This document shows positions 24,289-36,984 of a stretch of DNA of 64,000 nucleotides, one piece after another. Each line of letters opens with the position of its first letter. Position 1 is the first letter of the stretch. The DNA comes from Octopus sinensis (taxonomy: Eukaryota). The notes below the pieces were generated by a model. It worked only from the letters and a program-made list of their open reading frames with translations. It had not been told where the DNA came from and did not search any database. The stretch covers positions 19,778,001 to 19,842,000 of the forward strand of contig NC_043010.1 in the NCBI RefSeq assembly GCF_006345805.1, read 5' to 3'. The position numbers and the translations under genes are program-made.

Positions 24289-24778
24289 GTCAGTGTGTGT
24301 CTGTGTGTGCACATATATGCACACACACACCAAACACATACACACATAGGCATAAAGAGGCTTTCATAATACAAACACAAAATATATATACTTGTTTTCA
24401 TATATACACACCATGTATTATTCTATTTCTACATACAACATAGGCTGTCTTTACTTAAGCCACTACACACTGGCCTTTATATACACTCAGCAATTTCTCA
24501 CATTAATATATACCCCAGCACGTATTGGCTTCTGTATAATTTCACCATACACTGGCTCATGTATGCCTTTACTATACACTGACTGTTATAAATTCACATT
24601 CACACAGACACAATCTGATCAATATATACATCAATCAAGCTGACCACCCAGCATATCAATCTCACTGTCCAGCTAAACATTACCTACATTATAACCCCAT
24701 GTGGGAGGGGCTGTGCAGTTCACAGGCCCTGTGCATCCCTCCTACATCTCTCACCAATAAACAGAGGCTACGACTTAC

Positions 24779-24844
24779 GTTTACATAGGCCACCATTTTG
24801 AGGAGCTCCAAAAAATCCTTTCTGGCATCGATCACATGTCTCAC
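24779..24844 (-). CDS. ATRN: Attractin exon w15: laminin-EGF 1 end (absent from ORF track)
   Basis: ttcttcag|GT GAG...AAA C|gtaagt; GETCDRCQKGFFGAPQNGGLCK; phase 1/1. Confidence 0.92.
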
Positions 24845-24939
24845 CTGAAGAAAACAGAGAGAGGTAAGGTGTGGGTAGGTAGGAGGAAACAGTCAACAGA
24901 GGTGTGTGATATTAGTTAGGGAGACATGTATAAGCAAGG

Positions 24940-24996
<57 letters not shown>

Positions 24997-25182
24997 TAAA
25001 TAATTTTAACCTTTAGAGGTATTTTTTAATATGCTAGCCATTGATAAAATTTTTTTTATCCTATATTACATATATATATATATTATATATATATATATAT
25101 AGGGATGGTATTATTAAAATACCATCACGAGTGGTAAGCGAATTATCAGCTGTACAGGCAAATTAATAAAATATATACATAA

Positions 25183-25357
25183 AATATTAGATATGTACAT
25201 ATATACACACGGGTACTACATGAGTACCTATATCACTAAAGATGTCTGTAATGGATTTGTGACTATTCGGTGGTACAGAAGTATTTTTTTACTTCTATCT
25301 TTAGCGATATAGGTACTCATGTAGTACCCTTGTGTATATATGTACATATCTAATATT
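25183..25357. mobile_element. Fold-back element/MITE, 61-bp inverted arms
   Basis: 25183-25243 versus 25297-25357 are near-perfect reverse complements; (TA)n flank. Confidence 0.75.
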
Positions 25358-25699
25358 GTATATATATATATATATATATATAGCAAATACATAAATATGT
25401 ATGTATGTAGATAGGGTCATAATCCAAGCTGTCCTTGGGAAGCACATCTGCATATTCCGGTACTCCAAAGTCGTATGTAGACGTTATAAGTGTGTGAGGC
25501 AGACATAAGAGTTGAAAAATAATGGTAAATAATATTTGTATTATTTGGTTCCTGTATGTAGAATTTCTTACATGTTTTTTCCATGTACCATTTTCTAAGT
25601 CTTGTTAGCAAATGAAACATGCAATGGTGAATAAATAATACCAAAAAATATTTCCAATCTCCTGTTTTGATAAATATATACATATGTGTGTGTGTCTAT

Positions 25700-26525
25700 G
25701 TAATTTTCCCTTTGCTTGTTTCAAGCCATGATTATACTTTTAGCAAACATATGCTTAGGTTTGAAAGAAATGAAGCCAGTATACTTCACTGGATGTGCAA
25801 TGTCAGTGTGCATCTTGAGAGAAAAGTTAGGCATAAGCAGTATCAGATGTGGTGTGCAAGAGAGATGATTGTGCTGGTATGGTTATGTGATGTATGTAGA
25901 TGAGGACAGATGTGCAAAGAAGTACCGATCTCTAACTGTGGAAGGAACCTGTGGTAGAGATAGACCCAAGAAGGCATGGGACAAAGTGGTGATGCATGAT
26001 CTTCGAACTTTGAGCCTCACAGAGACAATGACTAGTGACTGAGAACTTTGGCGATATGCTGTGCATGGGAAGACCTGTCAAGCCAAGTGATATCATAATT
26101 CGAGTGTTGGGCTTCATGGAGTCAAAGTATCTGAGTTCCTTTCAAGCACTGGGCCGCATGGAGGCAAAGTGGTTGAACACCTTCCGAGTGTTGGACCTCA
26201 TGAAGGCAAAGTGGCTGAGTTCCTTTCAAGCATTGGGTCTCATGGAGGCAATGACCAAGACCTTTGGCATTATGTCGTGCTTCAGCAGAAGACCCATCAA
26301 ACCAAGAAAAATTGCAGTTGTGGCAGATACCGGTGTCATGCAAATGGCACCCACGCCAGTGGCATGTAAAAGCACCCATTACACTCTTGGAGTGGTTGAC
26401 ATTAGGAAGGGCATCCAGCTGATAGAAAACCATACCAAATCAGACTGGAATCTGGTGCAGCCTTCCAGCTTGCCAGCATGGACAATGGACGTTAAATGAT
26501 GATGATGATGATGATGATGATGATA
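25700..26525 (+). mobile_element. RTE LINE 3' end (ORF C-terminus, 3' UTR, (ATG)n tail); links family C to RTE
   Basis: FERNEASILHWMCNVSVH..., frameshifted WYGHV.RMDED/GRPKK.W-type motifs, 42-bp tandem repeats, family C UTR ending ggacgttaaa(tga)n. Confidence 0.85.
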
Positions 26526-27601
26526 TGAAAAATATAATTATTTCCCATAAAAATTATGGAAATGTGCAGACGACATGAAATGTGTAAATGGACAGTAACA
26601 AACCATTTGTACAAGCTTTCTCAGCTACTTATATGCAACCAAAGTATTTTTGTGGTTTGTTGTTCAAACTTCAGTTCATTGATTGAATTTAATTCAGAAG
26701 ATCTGTTTGCCATAGAATTTGTTCATTGAGCTTACTGTTTGTATAAGCTCTTCCAGCACTCATACATGTGTGTACTCAACTTGTGGTCTGTTGTTCATAT
26801 TTCAGCTTGCTAAGCAAATGGGCTCCCAGTCACTTCTAGCACAAGAACCGGCAGCTCAGGTTTCACAGATTAACTCTCTCATACCTAGGCCCTGGTATCT
26901 AACTTTACCCTCTTACTGAACACCCGAACAAAAAAAATAAATAGTTACATACACAGTTCAAGAGTAACAAATGCAAGCAAACTGATGGACAGAATCACAA
27001 AAAAATTCAGGAGAAACAGGAGTTTCAACACTTGAATCACGACTTTCCTCACCATTTGCAACAGGTTGATTGTCTAAATCACTCTCATCATGTGCATAAG
27101 GTTAAACACTTCATCCAAAGAATAAATATCATCATTAATTTCTTCTACTGCAAAGAACATAGACCCTCCCTGCTCATTTACCAGACAAATTGCAGGAATA
27201 ATCACATGCCTGTTTCATTGCAAAAATTCGTTTTTTTTTCCAATTTTAAAACAAAAATAAACAAAAGCTATGGGGGACATCATTAATAGTGAGTTATAAA
27301 CACACCTGACTACAAAGCTGCAACGTGGATCAATTGTCTTTTTTTTTTGGGGGGGGGGGCGGTATTTTACCTTCTTTTGATGTATGTGCTGTTCATTACT
27401 GCTTTAATGGGAATCTGGTAGGGATGACATTTCGGCTATTCCTGCTATACCAGGAACACGGCATGAAAAAGTTAAATTTCAGCTCATTGTGCAACTTTTT
27501 TTGCTTTTCTTTTCTAGAGAAACCATTAGTTATTCAATTTGTTCATTCAGAGAACAATTCATAAATGGGGACCCCACAGCATGTATGTTTATTAGTATGG
27601 A

Positions 27602-27654
<53 letters not shown>

Positions 27655-27661
<7 letters not shown>

Positions 27662-27960
27662 ATCACATGACCAACCAGACCATCAGATGTTGCTACACAT
27701 TGCTGGTCACAATGTGTTCGCATTGTTTTAGCCTTCGAATGACGGCACCCCGCTGGCTAAGCGAGCAGGCCAACAGAAGAAAGAGTGAGAGAAAGTTGTG
27801 GTGAAAGAGTACGGCAGGGATCACCACCCACTGCCGGAGCCTCGTGGAGCTTTTAGGTGTTTTTGCTCAATAAACACTCACAACGCCTGGTCTGAGAATT
27901 GAAACCGCAATCCTACGACTGCGAGTCCGCTGCCCTAACCACTGGGCCATTGTGCCTCCA
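27655..27960 (-). mobile_element. tRNA-derived SINE family E (second copy about 20850-21125)
   Basis: Minus head tggcccagtggttagggcagcggactcgcagtcgtaggattgcggtttcaattctc; shared gctaagcgagcaggccaa body. Confidence 0.75.
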
Positions 27961-28137
27961 CATATATATATATATCCTCAACTGTTATGAGAGTAAAGGG
28001 GATGCCTAAAACAGAAATAATTACAGAGATACCAAACTGTGTATGAGTGAATGAACAAGCATATGCATAAGTGATAACAGGTGCGAATGGGTGGCCATAT
28101 ATGAGAGCGAGAGAGAGAGAGAGATGTGTATATTTAC

Positions 28138-28212
28138 CTGTGGTATTATTTTGACATTCTATACAAATGTTTGTACTCTCATTACAGATGCTATGGCCAT
28201 TGCACTGGCATA
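28138..28212 (-). CDS. ATRN: Attractin exon w14: laminin-EGF 1 start
   Basis: ccctctag|TA TGC...ACA G|gtaaat; LCQCNGHSICNESTNICIECQNNTT; phase 1/1. Confidence 0.92.
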
Positions 28213-28853
28213 CTAGAGGGGAAGAAAGAGAAAAAAGAGAATTAAAATATGCAAACAACAACAACATACTTGTGTTTCTTGTACCGAAAGCCATGTGTTG
28301 ACCCCCAAAAATTTAAAAACCATTTATAGTTAATTTATACTTTACTAATGAGGTTCGATAAGCCTGAAACACATCACCATACTACCAATGTCACACTAAC
28401 ACTTCACTCTACATTGCTCACATTTTCATTTTAAATTGCAGGATTGTCTCCCCTGCAGTTTTTGACCAGAATTAGTCATTAATATAATACTTATTCATTA
28501 TTAAAGATGCAACTTTAATTATTTACAACTCTCAGTTCATTATTGTAAATACGTTAGCAATATTTGTATTGGTCAAAGGTAGTTTCACCTACAAGACCAA
28601 CTGAATTCAAGACAACCAACATTGAATTGTGGTACCCACTTGCAAGAAGAGAAAGAAGGAACAAGGTGAGAAAGGAAAAAGTGACCTTAACTGAATGGAA
28701 GGGTAAACCGATGCATGTACGAAACATACGTATATACACCTTCCAGATGACTCCACAAACAACACACAAAGACATACTCAAAAACAACAACAAAAATATA
28801 ACAAAGCAACACAAAAGAAATGTATATGGGAAAAGAAATAAGCAGCTTCTTAC

Positions 28854-29048
28854 GTGGACACTGTACAAAATACCACCTGGAAAGTGGACAGGTGGACAAT
28901 GTATGAGAATTCCAGGGAAGTTTAGCCGGACCAGACATACCACCTTCCATACAATGGCCAAGGCCTGTGTTGCTCACATCATGGCACCAACCACAAATTG
29001 GATTCATCTGACATTCCTTGCAAGTTCTGATGTCTGAACAACGGTTTT
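28854..29048 (-). CDS. ATRN: Attractin exon w13: PSI
   Basis: tattccag|AA AAC...CCA C|gtaaga; KNRCSDIRTCKECQMNPICGWCHDVSNTGLGHCMEGGMSGPAKLPWNSHTLSTCPLSRWYFVQCP; phase 1/1. Confidence 0.93.
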
Positions 29049-29511
29049 CTGGAATAGGATCAAAAGACATGCGTCAAAGGAGGAACATACAACATCAGTA
29101 ACATCGTCATCATCGTTTAATGTACGCTTTCTATGCTAGCATGGGTTGGACAAATGACTGAGGGCTGGCAAACCAGATGGCTGCACCAGGCTCCAATCTT
29201 GATCTGGCAGAGTTTCTAAAGCTGGATGCCCTTCCTAACGCATGGCAGGTGAAAATATATTTGCACACGTGTGTGTGTGTGTGTCAGTATGTGAGTGACA
29301 ATGTGTGTACTTGTATCAGTGTGCATATGATAAAGAAAAGTCAAATATCAACAAGTGAGGTTATTAAATATAAAAAGAAATATTTAGGTGGTGGTGGTGG
29401 TATATGGTCAGTTAATCGTAGCCGTTGTGTCGCATTTAGAAATTTGGTCATTATTTATGTTATAAGAGTTACAACTGGAATCCTCTCCAATTTATCAAAG
29501 AGACACAAGCA

Positions 29512-29555
<44 letters not shown>

Positions 29556-30215
29556 ACTGGACTTTCGCTGACCAAATTCACTGACAAAACTTATAGCAAT
29601 AGACACTTGCTCAGACCAGATCAAGGGTGGCCTAACTTCCTGCAGTTCTATTCACTATGGTCCCTCATTACTATAACAGGATACGTTCAACATCGTCAAC
29701 ATATTTGGTTACATTTGCTCCTGTGTCTCAATAAAGGAGCACCATCTGCTAAAAAGAGCAGTGAAATCTCCCTCGAAACACATCCTGCTATCTTAACTAA
29801 AGAAAAGACACATTAGAATGAAGTTTTAGATGTCTCCCTAAAATACGGGATGGTCATAACTGGAACACCTTTAATCAAAAGTCTCTTTGATCAAAGCTAA
29901 CCGAAGGCAAAACAACTACTTTTACCATTCCATGTTCCACAACCTTCACACACATCTATCGTACAACTTCCAGCCCAAGCTAAAGAGAGAGAGCCTCTAC
30001 GATGCAACTTGACTTGCTAGAAAAGTAGACACATATCCCTCAAATTACAGCTTACTATTCTAACCCTTTAGCATTTAAATCGACCACATCAGGCTCAAAT
30101 ATCCTCCCTGATTTGTGTTAAAATTGTCAAGATCTGGCCTTTTACACCTACCCTACAATGTCACTCTAAAAATTAACAATCACATCATCAAAACCTCAAA
30201 GCTATGAAATTAGTG

Positions 30216-30647
30216 TGTAGTGACGCCATCTTGGAAATCTCCAGCACACATGCGCAGAGTTGGATTCTTCCGGGAGGCCTGCTGGAAGTTCCTTCATGCA
30301 CATGCACAGAAAACTGGCAGCAGTGGAATTCCCTCGTATTGTTCTCTCGAACGCCAGCAGCTGAACAGGACAGTTGTGTTTTATTAGCTCTCTCAAGCTG
30401 CTACCTCATGGCGTATCTCCGCTATGCTTGAACGGACAGGATTTGGCTCACTCCACTTGACTACAGCGATAGGCTCCTAGGCTGCCAATTCGCTCAGAAA
30501 GGAGAAATGTATATATTACAAATCAAGAAATACATATTCATACTGTTGAAGTTAATCGGAAGTCTTGACTCTTTCCTTCGATTAATATTTTAATGTAAAG
30601 GATGCAAGCTGCACCCATCCAGTGTGGGGACCTCTCATCCTGTTACA
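30216..30647. mobile_element. Candidate solo LTR nested in piggyBac-like MITE
   Basis: TGTAG...TTACA ends, about 432 bp, CpG-richer than flanks, interrupts the MITE relative to the 4405-4632 copy; no clean TSD. Confidence 0.4.
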
Positions 30648-31009
30648 ATTGCATGATTAATTCCAAACAATGTAAATAAACATTTCACTTGACAAAGCAA
30701 TCTGAATGCTAAAAGGTTGAGTGAGAGACACGATGGATGATTTGTCTTACATCTGTGACAAGAATGCATTCCCCCACTTCCAAATATCCACCTGACAGAT
30801 TGACATGGAGTCCCCTACATGCATTACACTGTCATCCCCTGACCCACAAGCTTGCTGTCTCCTCACTCGGCCTTTCCTACTACATGGTCTGTGTCCCTAA
30901 CTGATTGTGTACTGTCTCCACCTGAATCCATCCAATACATCTCTTCTCTTCCTCCTCCCTTCATCACCTATATATACTGTTTACCTTCATGACCCACTGC
31001 TAACAACTT

Positions 31010-31405
31010 GGATGCAGGTACAGCTGTGCAGTAGGTTTGCTTCCCAACCGCGTGGTTCCGGGTTCAGGCCCATTGAGCAGAACCTTGGGCAACTGTCTTC
31101 TATTATAGCCCTAGGCTGAACAAAACCCAGTGAGTGGATTTGGAATGTGGAAACTGAAAGAAGCTTGTCAAATGTATATGTCTATATATATCTATTTGTG
31201 TCTGTGTTTGCCCTCATCACCACCTGGCAAGAGGTGTTGGTGTGTTTACATTCCTGTAACTTAACAGTTCAGCAATAGAGACCGAGAGAATAAGTACCAG
31301 GTTTACAAAAAAAACAATCCTGGGGTTGATCCACGTGACTAAAAATTGTTCAAAGCAGTGCCCCAGCATGGCCACAGTCTAATGACCGAAACAAGTAAAG
31401 GATAA
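31010..31405 (+). mobile_element. SINE family A copy
   Basis: Family A head and tail. Confidence 0.8.
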
Positions 31406-31498
31406 AACATGTCCGAACTCCTGAAGGTTTCAAAGAGGCTACAGACCCTAGCACTCCCAAGGAATATATGGAAAAGGGAAAGCAAAGAGTCAACTTAC

Positions 31499-31684
31499 TT
31501 GTACAGAGGTTTTTGTCTGTATTCCATTTGGTACATTGACCGTAGAGGAAAGACACTACATAAGAGTTCATATCAACGCAACGCTGTGCACTGCTGCACC
31601 ACATGCATTCGTCTTTTGTGCAGTTTTCACAAGTTGTATGAGATGGACAGGGGACTTTGCATTTCTGAGTAACTGCCTTTGCAT
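31499..31684 (-). CDS. ATRN: Attractin exon w12: PSI
   Basis: tttcctag|AT GCA...ACA A|gtaagt; NAKAVTQKCKVPCPSHTTCENCTKDECMWCSSAQRCVDMNSYVVSFLYGQCTKWNTDKNLCT; phase 1/1. Confidence 0.93.
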
Positions 31685-31813
31685 CTAGGAAAAGGTAAAA
31701 AAAAGAAAGAAAATATTTACACAGGTAAAAATTTTAAAAATTAAAAATTAAGAGATTAAGGGAGATTATAACAGTTGAAAAACAGATTGGCTGAACCAGA
31801 TGAAAATACTCAC

Positions 31814-31943
31814 TATTTTTCTCTTTATATACACAAGATTTGTTATTCTCAATCCAAAAACAATTTGGTTCAAGCTGACAAAGGGCACAACTGTGGAGGA
31901 AAGAACATTCTACATCCACAGGGCAATCTTTGATGTCCTTTGT
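31814..31943 (-). CDS. ATRN: Attractin exon w11: PSI
   Basis: tatttcag|ACA...AAT A|gtgagt; TKDIKDCPVDVECSFLHSCALCQLEPNCFWIENNKSCVYKEKN; phase 0/1. Confidence 0.88.
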
Positions 31944-33538
31944 CTGAAATAATTAAAAGAATTCTCATTAGAAACCGTTTTCTCTCTTTGTTGTTGTAGT
32001 GCACCTGAGCACTATACACAACAATCTCATTATTATTATATTTAAATTAGATGCTTTACAATGTCTAACATTATTTTTCACTAAAAATTTTATTTCATTT
32101 ATAAAAATGATTTTAGAATTACTATAAAAGTTGTGAAAAATGATGAGTGCGTGTGTGTGTGTGGGGGGGGGGGATATTGTTGATATAGCATTCAATCAAG
32201 TTATGGTATGCAGGAAGACCAATTTTTTTATCTAATAATATTAGAGCAAAATGTATCATTATTAAAAAGTGATTAACACAATCATTTATTAATGGTTTCT
32301 TGACAACATTTCTAATGAAGTACACTATTATTATATTTGAATTAATTATGAGAATCAAGAATTTAGAAAAACAACAAACATCTTTTTATTATTAAACTTT
32401 TGCTCAGAACAGTACAAAAGGTTTGTAAATAAAATTTTAATGGAAGGTCTGAATTTTAACATAAACAAAATCAAAGAAGTTTTATTTAATATAACCAGAA
32501 ACAGTGAGGGTCTCTTGTTGATGGGTATCAAAGGGGTTAAAACAAAAATAACAACTGTGCAAGCAATTAACCCAACGTTATTCAGTGGACATTATGTAGG
32601 CATGCGGTATGGTTATGCTATACACATTACGTTACACTATAGAAACAGGTTTTATAATCGTTCAAGAGGCAAAACAACAGGGGTGGGGAAATGAAATACG
32701 GGTGGGCAGCAGTAGTGTTGTGTGTGCATTTATGTATTTATATACACGTAAAAAGCACCCACTACACTCACAGAGTGGTTGGCATTAGGAAGGGCATCCA
32801 GCTGTAGAAACACTGCCAGATCAGACTGGGCCTGGTGCAGCCTCCTGGCTTCCCAGACTCTGGTTGAACCATCCAACCCATGCTAGGATGGAAAGCGGAC
32901 ATTAATCGATGATGATGATATTGATGATGACACATATGTACAGAGGTCATATCTTGTCTTCTGTAATATAAGTTGCTGGGTGAAAAAGTGCAGAGTGAAA
33001 ACTTAGGGGGGTGGGGACGTCACAGTGCATAGAGCGAAGGTGAATGGTGTTTTTACCTTGGATGGGTGGGGGAGAGGGGCAGGTGGTATGGTATTTTGAA
33101 AGCAGAATATGAAGAGCAAAGCTGGGCACTAATATTCTGAAAGATGAATGAAAATGGAGATGTGCTGGGGTATAGAAAGGTTGTGTATTTATAGGAAATT
33201 CTGTAGAGTAATGATTCTCAACCCCTTTTCCCCTATAGACCCCTTTGGTTCCTATTTTACCAGGATGGGCCCTCATAGCCATTCAAGGCTTTAAAAAATT
33301 TTTATATTTCTATAATTAAATGGACAGAAAGACGCATTCGTCTCCAGAGTACCGACATTCCCATAAAGCAGGCTTGAAAATTGTTACGAGGTCCCTCTTT
33401 ACATGAAACCATTGGTAGCCATGTTAACTTATTCTTACTGTTTGATATTTGCCACCAGGAATCAAATTCACGACCTTAAGATTGTGAGCCAAATACACTA
33501 ACCACTGAGTCACACACCTGCATGTATTCCAAAGACAC

Positions 33539-33576
<38 letters not shown>

Positions 33577-33915
33577 GTATGGAGGGGAGGGGTAGAGGAG
33601 GAGAGAGGAGAGAGGGGTGAGAAAGAGACAGAGACAGAGAAGGCTGGGTATTTAAGTAAGAGGCAGAGTTCATCCAACAGGCTTTCACGCTGTCTCCTCA
33701 ATTTCACTTGTAAAGCTGGGGCTGATCAGCACATATAGAAGAAGGTACTTGATACTTTTCCAAAGTGTCACATTGTATGACCAAGCTCAAACTCAGAAAC
33801 GAAAATTGACAATTCAGAAACACAGGGGAAGGCGTGGACAAAAAGGGATCTTTAAATACTAACAAGATGCTTAAAGTTAGAATATGCACAAACACATGCA
33901 AGATATCAGAACATT

Positions 33916-34144
33916 TTAACCCGTTTTGTTACCATTTCTGTTGAGATGCTCTGTGTTTCTTTCAATTAATTTTAAATATAACAAAGAATTTAGTAAAATA
34001 ACTTAGTTATCATTCAACTAGTGTTAGGAACATAAATTGTGACTAAGGTTTGATAGAAGATTTTAATTCAGAACTTATGAAAACAAGGCATTTGTACTAC
34101 AGAGCCAGAGGTGGTTCCAGCCGGGTTAGTATAAAAAGGGTTAA
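33916..34144. mobile_element. piggyBac-like MITE family 2, second copy
   Basis: TTAA|CCCGTTTTGTTACC...TATAAAAAGGG|TTAA. Confidence 0.8.
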
Positions 34145-35599
34145 TAATACATTCTAAAGAAACCTTCAAGATATGTTCGGTACAAGAACATGACACACAA
34201 ACATCTACATACGGAATGATATATATACAAATTTAAACACAAAATACATATAAACAAGCAGTGGGGGGGGTCTATCCATTATGATTTGACTTGGGACAGT
34301 ATAGAGTGGTGGAGTAATGAGAGATGCCGATGATATAAATCCCTTATTATATGTGGCACCATAAACAAAGCACCCACACTGGTTACACATATATAGAGCA
34401 CTTGTATATATATATATATATGTCTAAAATCACACAGTAGGGGTGAAGGGAGAGGAGAGAAAATAGTAATTCAGAGAAGGAGAAGTAGTGAGAGTAATAG
34501 CCATGATTGAGAGGCGGTGAGAGAAAGTAATAGCAATGAGAGAGAGGAAGTGGCAAAGAGAGTGTCGTGTATCTTCTACTATAATAATACTCTTGTATAT
34601 TTCTCTGTCACAACATATGAATGAGAAAGGAAGGGGTGATCCACCAATGGAAGTGGGATGGTGAAAAGTCAACGATGAAACAAAAATCAAACATCGCTTC
34701 AACTCTGTGTGTGTGTGTGTGTGTAAAAGGGAGAAATGTGAATGTTTGTGTGTATTTGTGTAAAATATATTTACATATTTGAGTGAGCGTATGTTTATTT
34801 AGAAAGATACATTGAAAATAGAATTACAGACATGGGCGCATTTACACATACATATACATCATCATCATTGTCATTTAACGTCAGCTTTCCATGCTCGCAT
34901 GGGTTAGACGGTTTGATTGAGGGCTGGCGAGCCAGGAGAGTGCAACAGGCTCTGATCCAATCTGGCAATATTTCTACAGCTGGATGCCCTTCCTAACGCC
35001 AACCACTCCAAAAGTGTAGTGAGTGATTTTTACATACCACTGGCATGAGGGCCAGTCAGGTGGCACTGGCAACAACCATGCTTGAATGGTGCTTTTTTAC
35101 GTGCCACCGGCATAGGACCAGTCAGCTGGCACTAGCATCAATCCTCCTCAAATGTTGATTTTTATGTGCCACTGGCACAGGGAGCCAGTCAGCTAGCACT
35201 GGCATCAACCACTCTCAAATGTTGCTTTTTACATGCCACCAGCACGGGAGCCAGTCAGGCGGCACTGGCAACAATCATACTCAAATGGTGCTTTTTACAT
35301 GCCACCAGCATGGGACCAGTCAGGTGGTACTAGCATTGACCACGCTCGTATGGTGCTTTATATATATATAAACAGACACACATAAAAAGGGAGGAAGTGG
35401 GCTGTCACAAAATTTTGAAAACCGTGTTTGTTAAAGACTGTGCTACTCATCATACATATAAATATATACATATGTACACACACACACACGAGTTGAAGCA
35501 CTGTTTGATTTTTTAAAACATTTTTTACCCTTTTTATATATAAAATACTACAATTAACCATCATTTCTGACAGTACGGGGCCAGCTAGTAATAATAATC

Positions 35600-36939
35600 A
35601 TCATAACAACAACGATTTCAAATTTTGACCCAAGGCCAGCAATTTCAGGGGAGTGGTCAAAGGGCTAAGTTGATTACATCGACCCCAGTGCGCAACTGGT
35701 ACTTATTTTACTGACCCCAAAAGGACGAAAGAAAATGCCGACCTCAGCGGAGTTTGCACCCACAACGTAGTGATGGACGAAGTGCCACTAAGCATTTTGC
35801 CCACAATGCTAATGACTTAGGCACAAGGTCAGAACTTTGAAGAGATAAGGTTAGTCGATGACACTGACCCCAGTACATGACTGGTACTTTATTTTATCAA
35901 CCCTGAAAAGAGGAAAAGCAAAGCTGACCTTAGTGGGATTTGAACTCAGGGCATAAAGAGATAAAACAAATACTAACAGTAGTAGTAGTAACAAAAACAA
36001 GTTTCAAATTTTGGCACAAAATAATAATAATAATAATAATAATAATTGTGTGGCTAAAATGTATCCCTGTAGTTATAGGTGTGTTAGGAACTGCTCCTAA
36101 AGAATTAGGCACAAAACCTATTTTTTTGCAGTTCCAGACAACAGTATTATTAGGGATTATTAGGCAGGTTCTTGGCATCTAAAGTATGATAAATTTTTTC
36201 CAACAATCTAATCTGTTGCCTGTGATGATGATGATGATAATAATAATGACAATAATAATGGTTTCAAATGTTGGTGCAAGGCCAACAATTTTGGGGGAGG
36301 GGGATAAGTCTGTTACATCAACCTCCAGGATTCAACTGGTACTTATTTTATCAACCCTGAAAAGATGAAAGGCCAAGTCAACCATGGCAGAATTTGAACT
36401 CAGAACATCAAGAAGGACAAAATGCCTCTAAGCAATTTATCCAGGATGCTAGCAATTCTGTCAACTCACCTTAAGAATAAGAAGAATTGTATCAAATTTC
36501 AGCACAGGGTCAGTAGTTCTTTTAGGGGAGAGAGAAGTTGACCCCAGCACATAACTGATACTTATTTTATTAACCCTGAAAGGACGAAAGGTAAAGTTGT
36601 CCTTAGTGAAATTTGAATTCAGAATGTGAAGATGGATGAAATGCCACTCAGTATTCTGCCTGGCATGGTAACAATTCTGCCAGTTCACCATTGTTGTTGT
36701 TATTATTATTATTATTATTATTATTGGTAAGGCGGCTAGCTGGCAGAATCGTTAGCACACTGGGCAGAATGCAAAGCAGTAGTTTGCCCATAGCTACGTT
36801 GAGTTCAAATTCCACCCAAGTCACCTTTGCCTTTCATCTTTACGGGGTCGATAAATTAAGTACCAGTTGAACACTGGGGTCAGTGTAATCAACTTAGCCC
36901 CTCCCCCAAAATGGCTGCCCTTATGGTAAAATTTGAAAC

Positions 36940-36940
<1 letters not shown>
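35600..36940. mobile_element. Cluster of about five family B SINEs in both orientations separated by (TAA)n-like tracts
   Basis: Repeated ctggtactta.ttta..gacccc.aaagga.gaaag...aatttgaactcag blocks. Confidence 0.75.
36048..36182 (+). mobile_element. RLE-type LINE extreme C-terminal relic
   Basis: WLKCIPVVIGVLGTAPK...LQFQTTVLLGIIRQVLGI*, directly after (TAA)n. Confidence 0.6.
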
Positions 36941-36982
<42 letters not shown>

Positions 36983-36984
36983 GT

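Noticed and set aside
26035-26499. 154-aa ORF with 14-aa repeats
   Set aside because: In-frame 42-bp tandem repeats in an RTE 3' UTR, not a host gene.
27880-27960. tRNA gene calls for box A/B sequences (also about 2065-2122, 14580, 17095, 43950)
   Set aside because: They continue into multi-copy SINE bodies and lack a full cloverleaf with an acceptor stem.
28345-28376. Possible third hammerhead relic CTAATGA-GG..CCT-GAAACACATC
   Set aside because: Needs at least four back-mutations and stem I is not evident.
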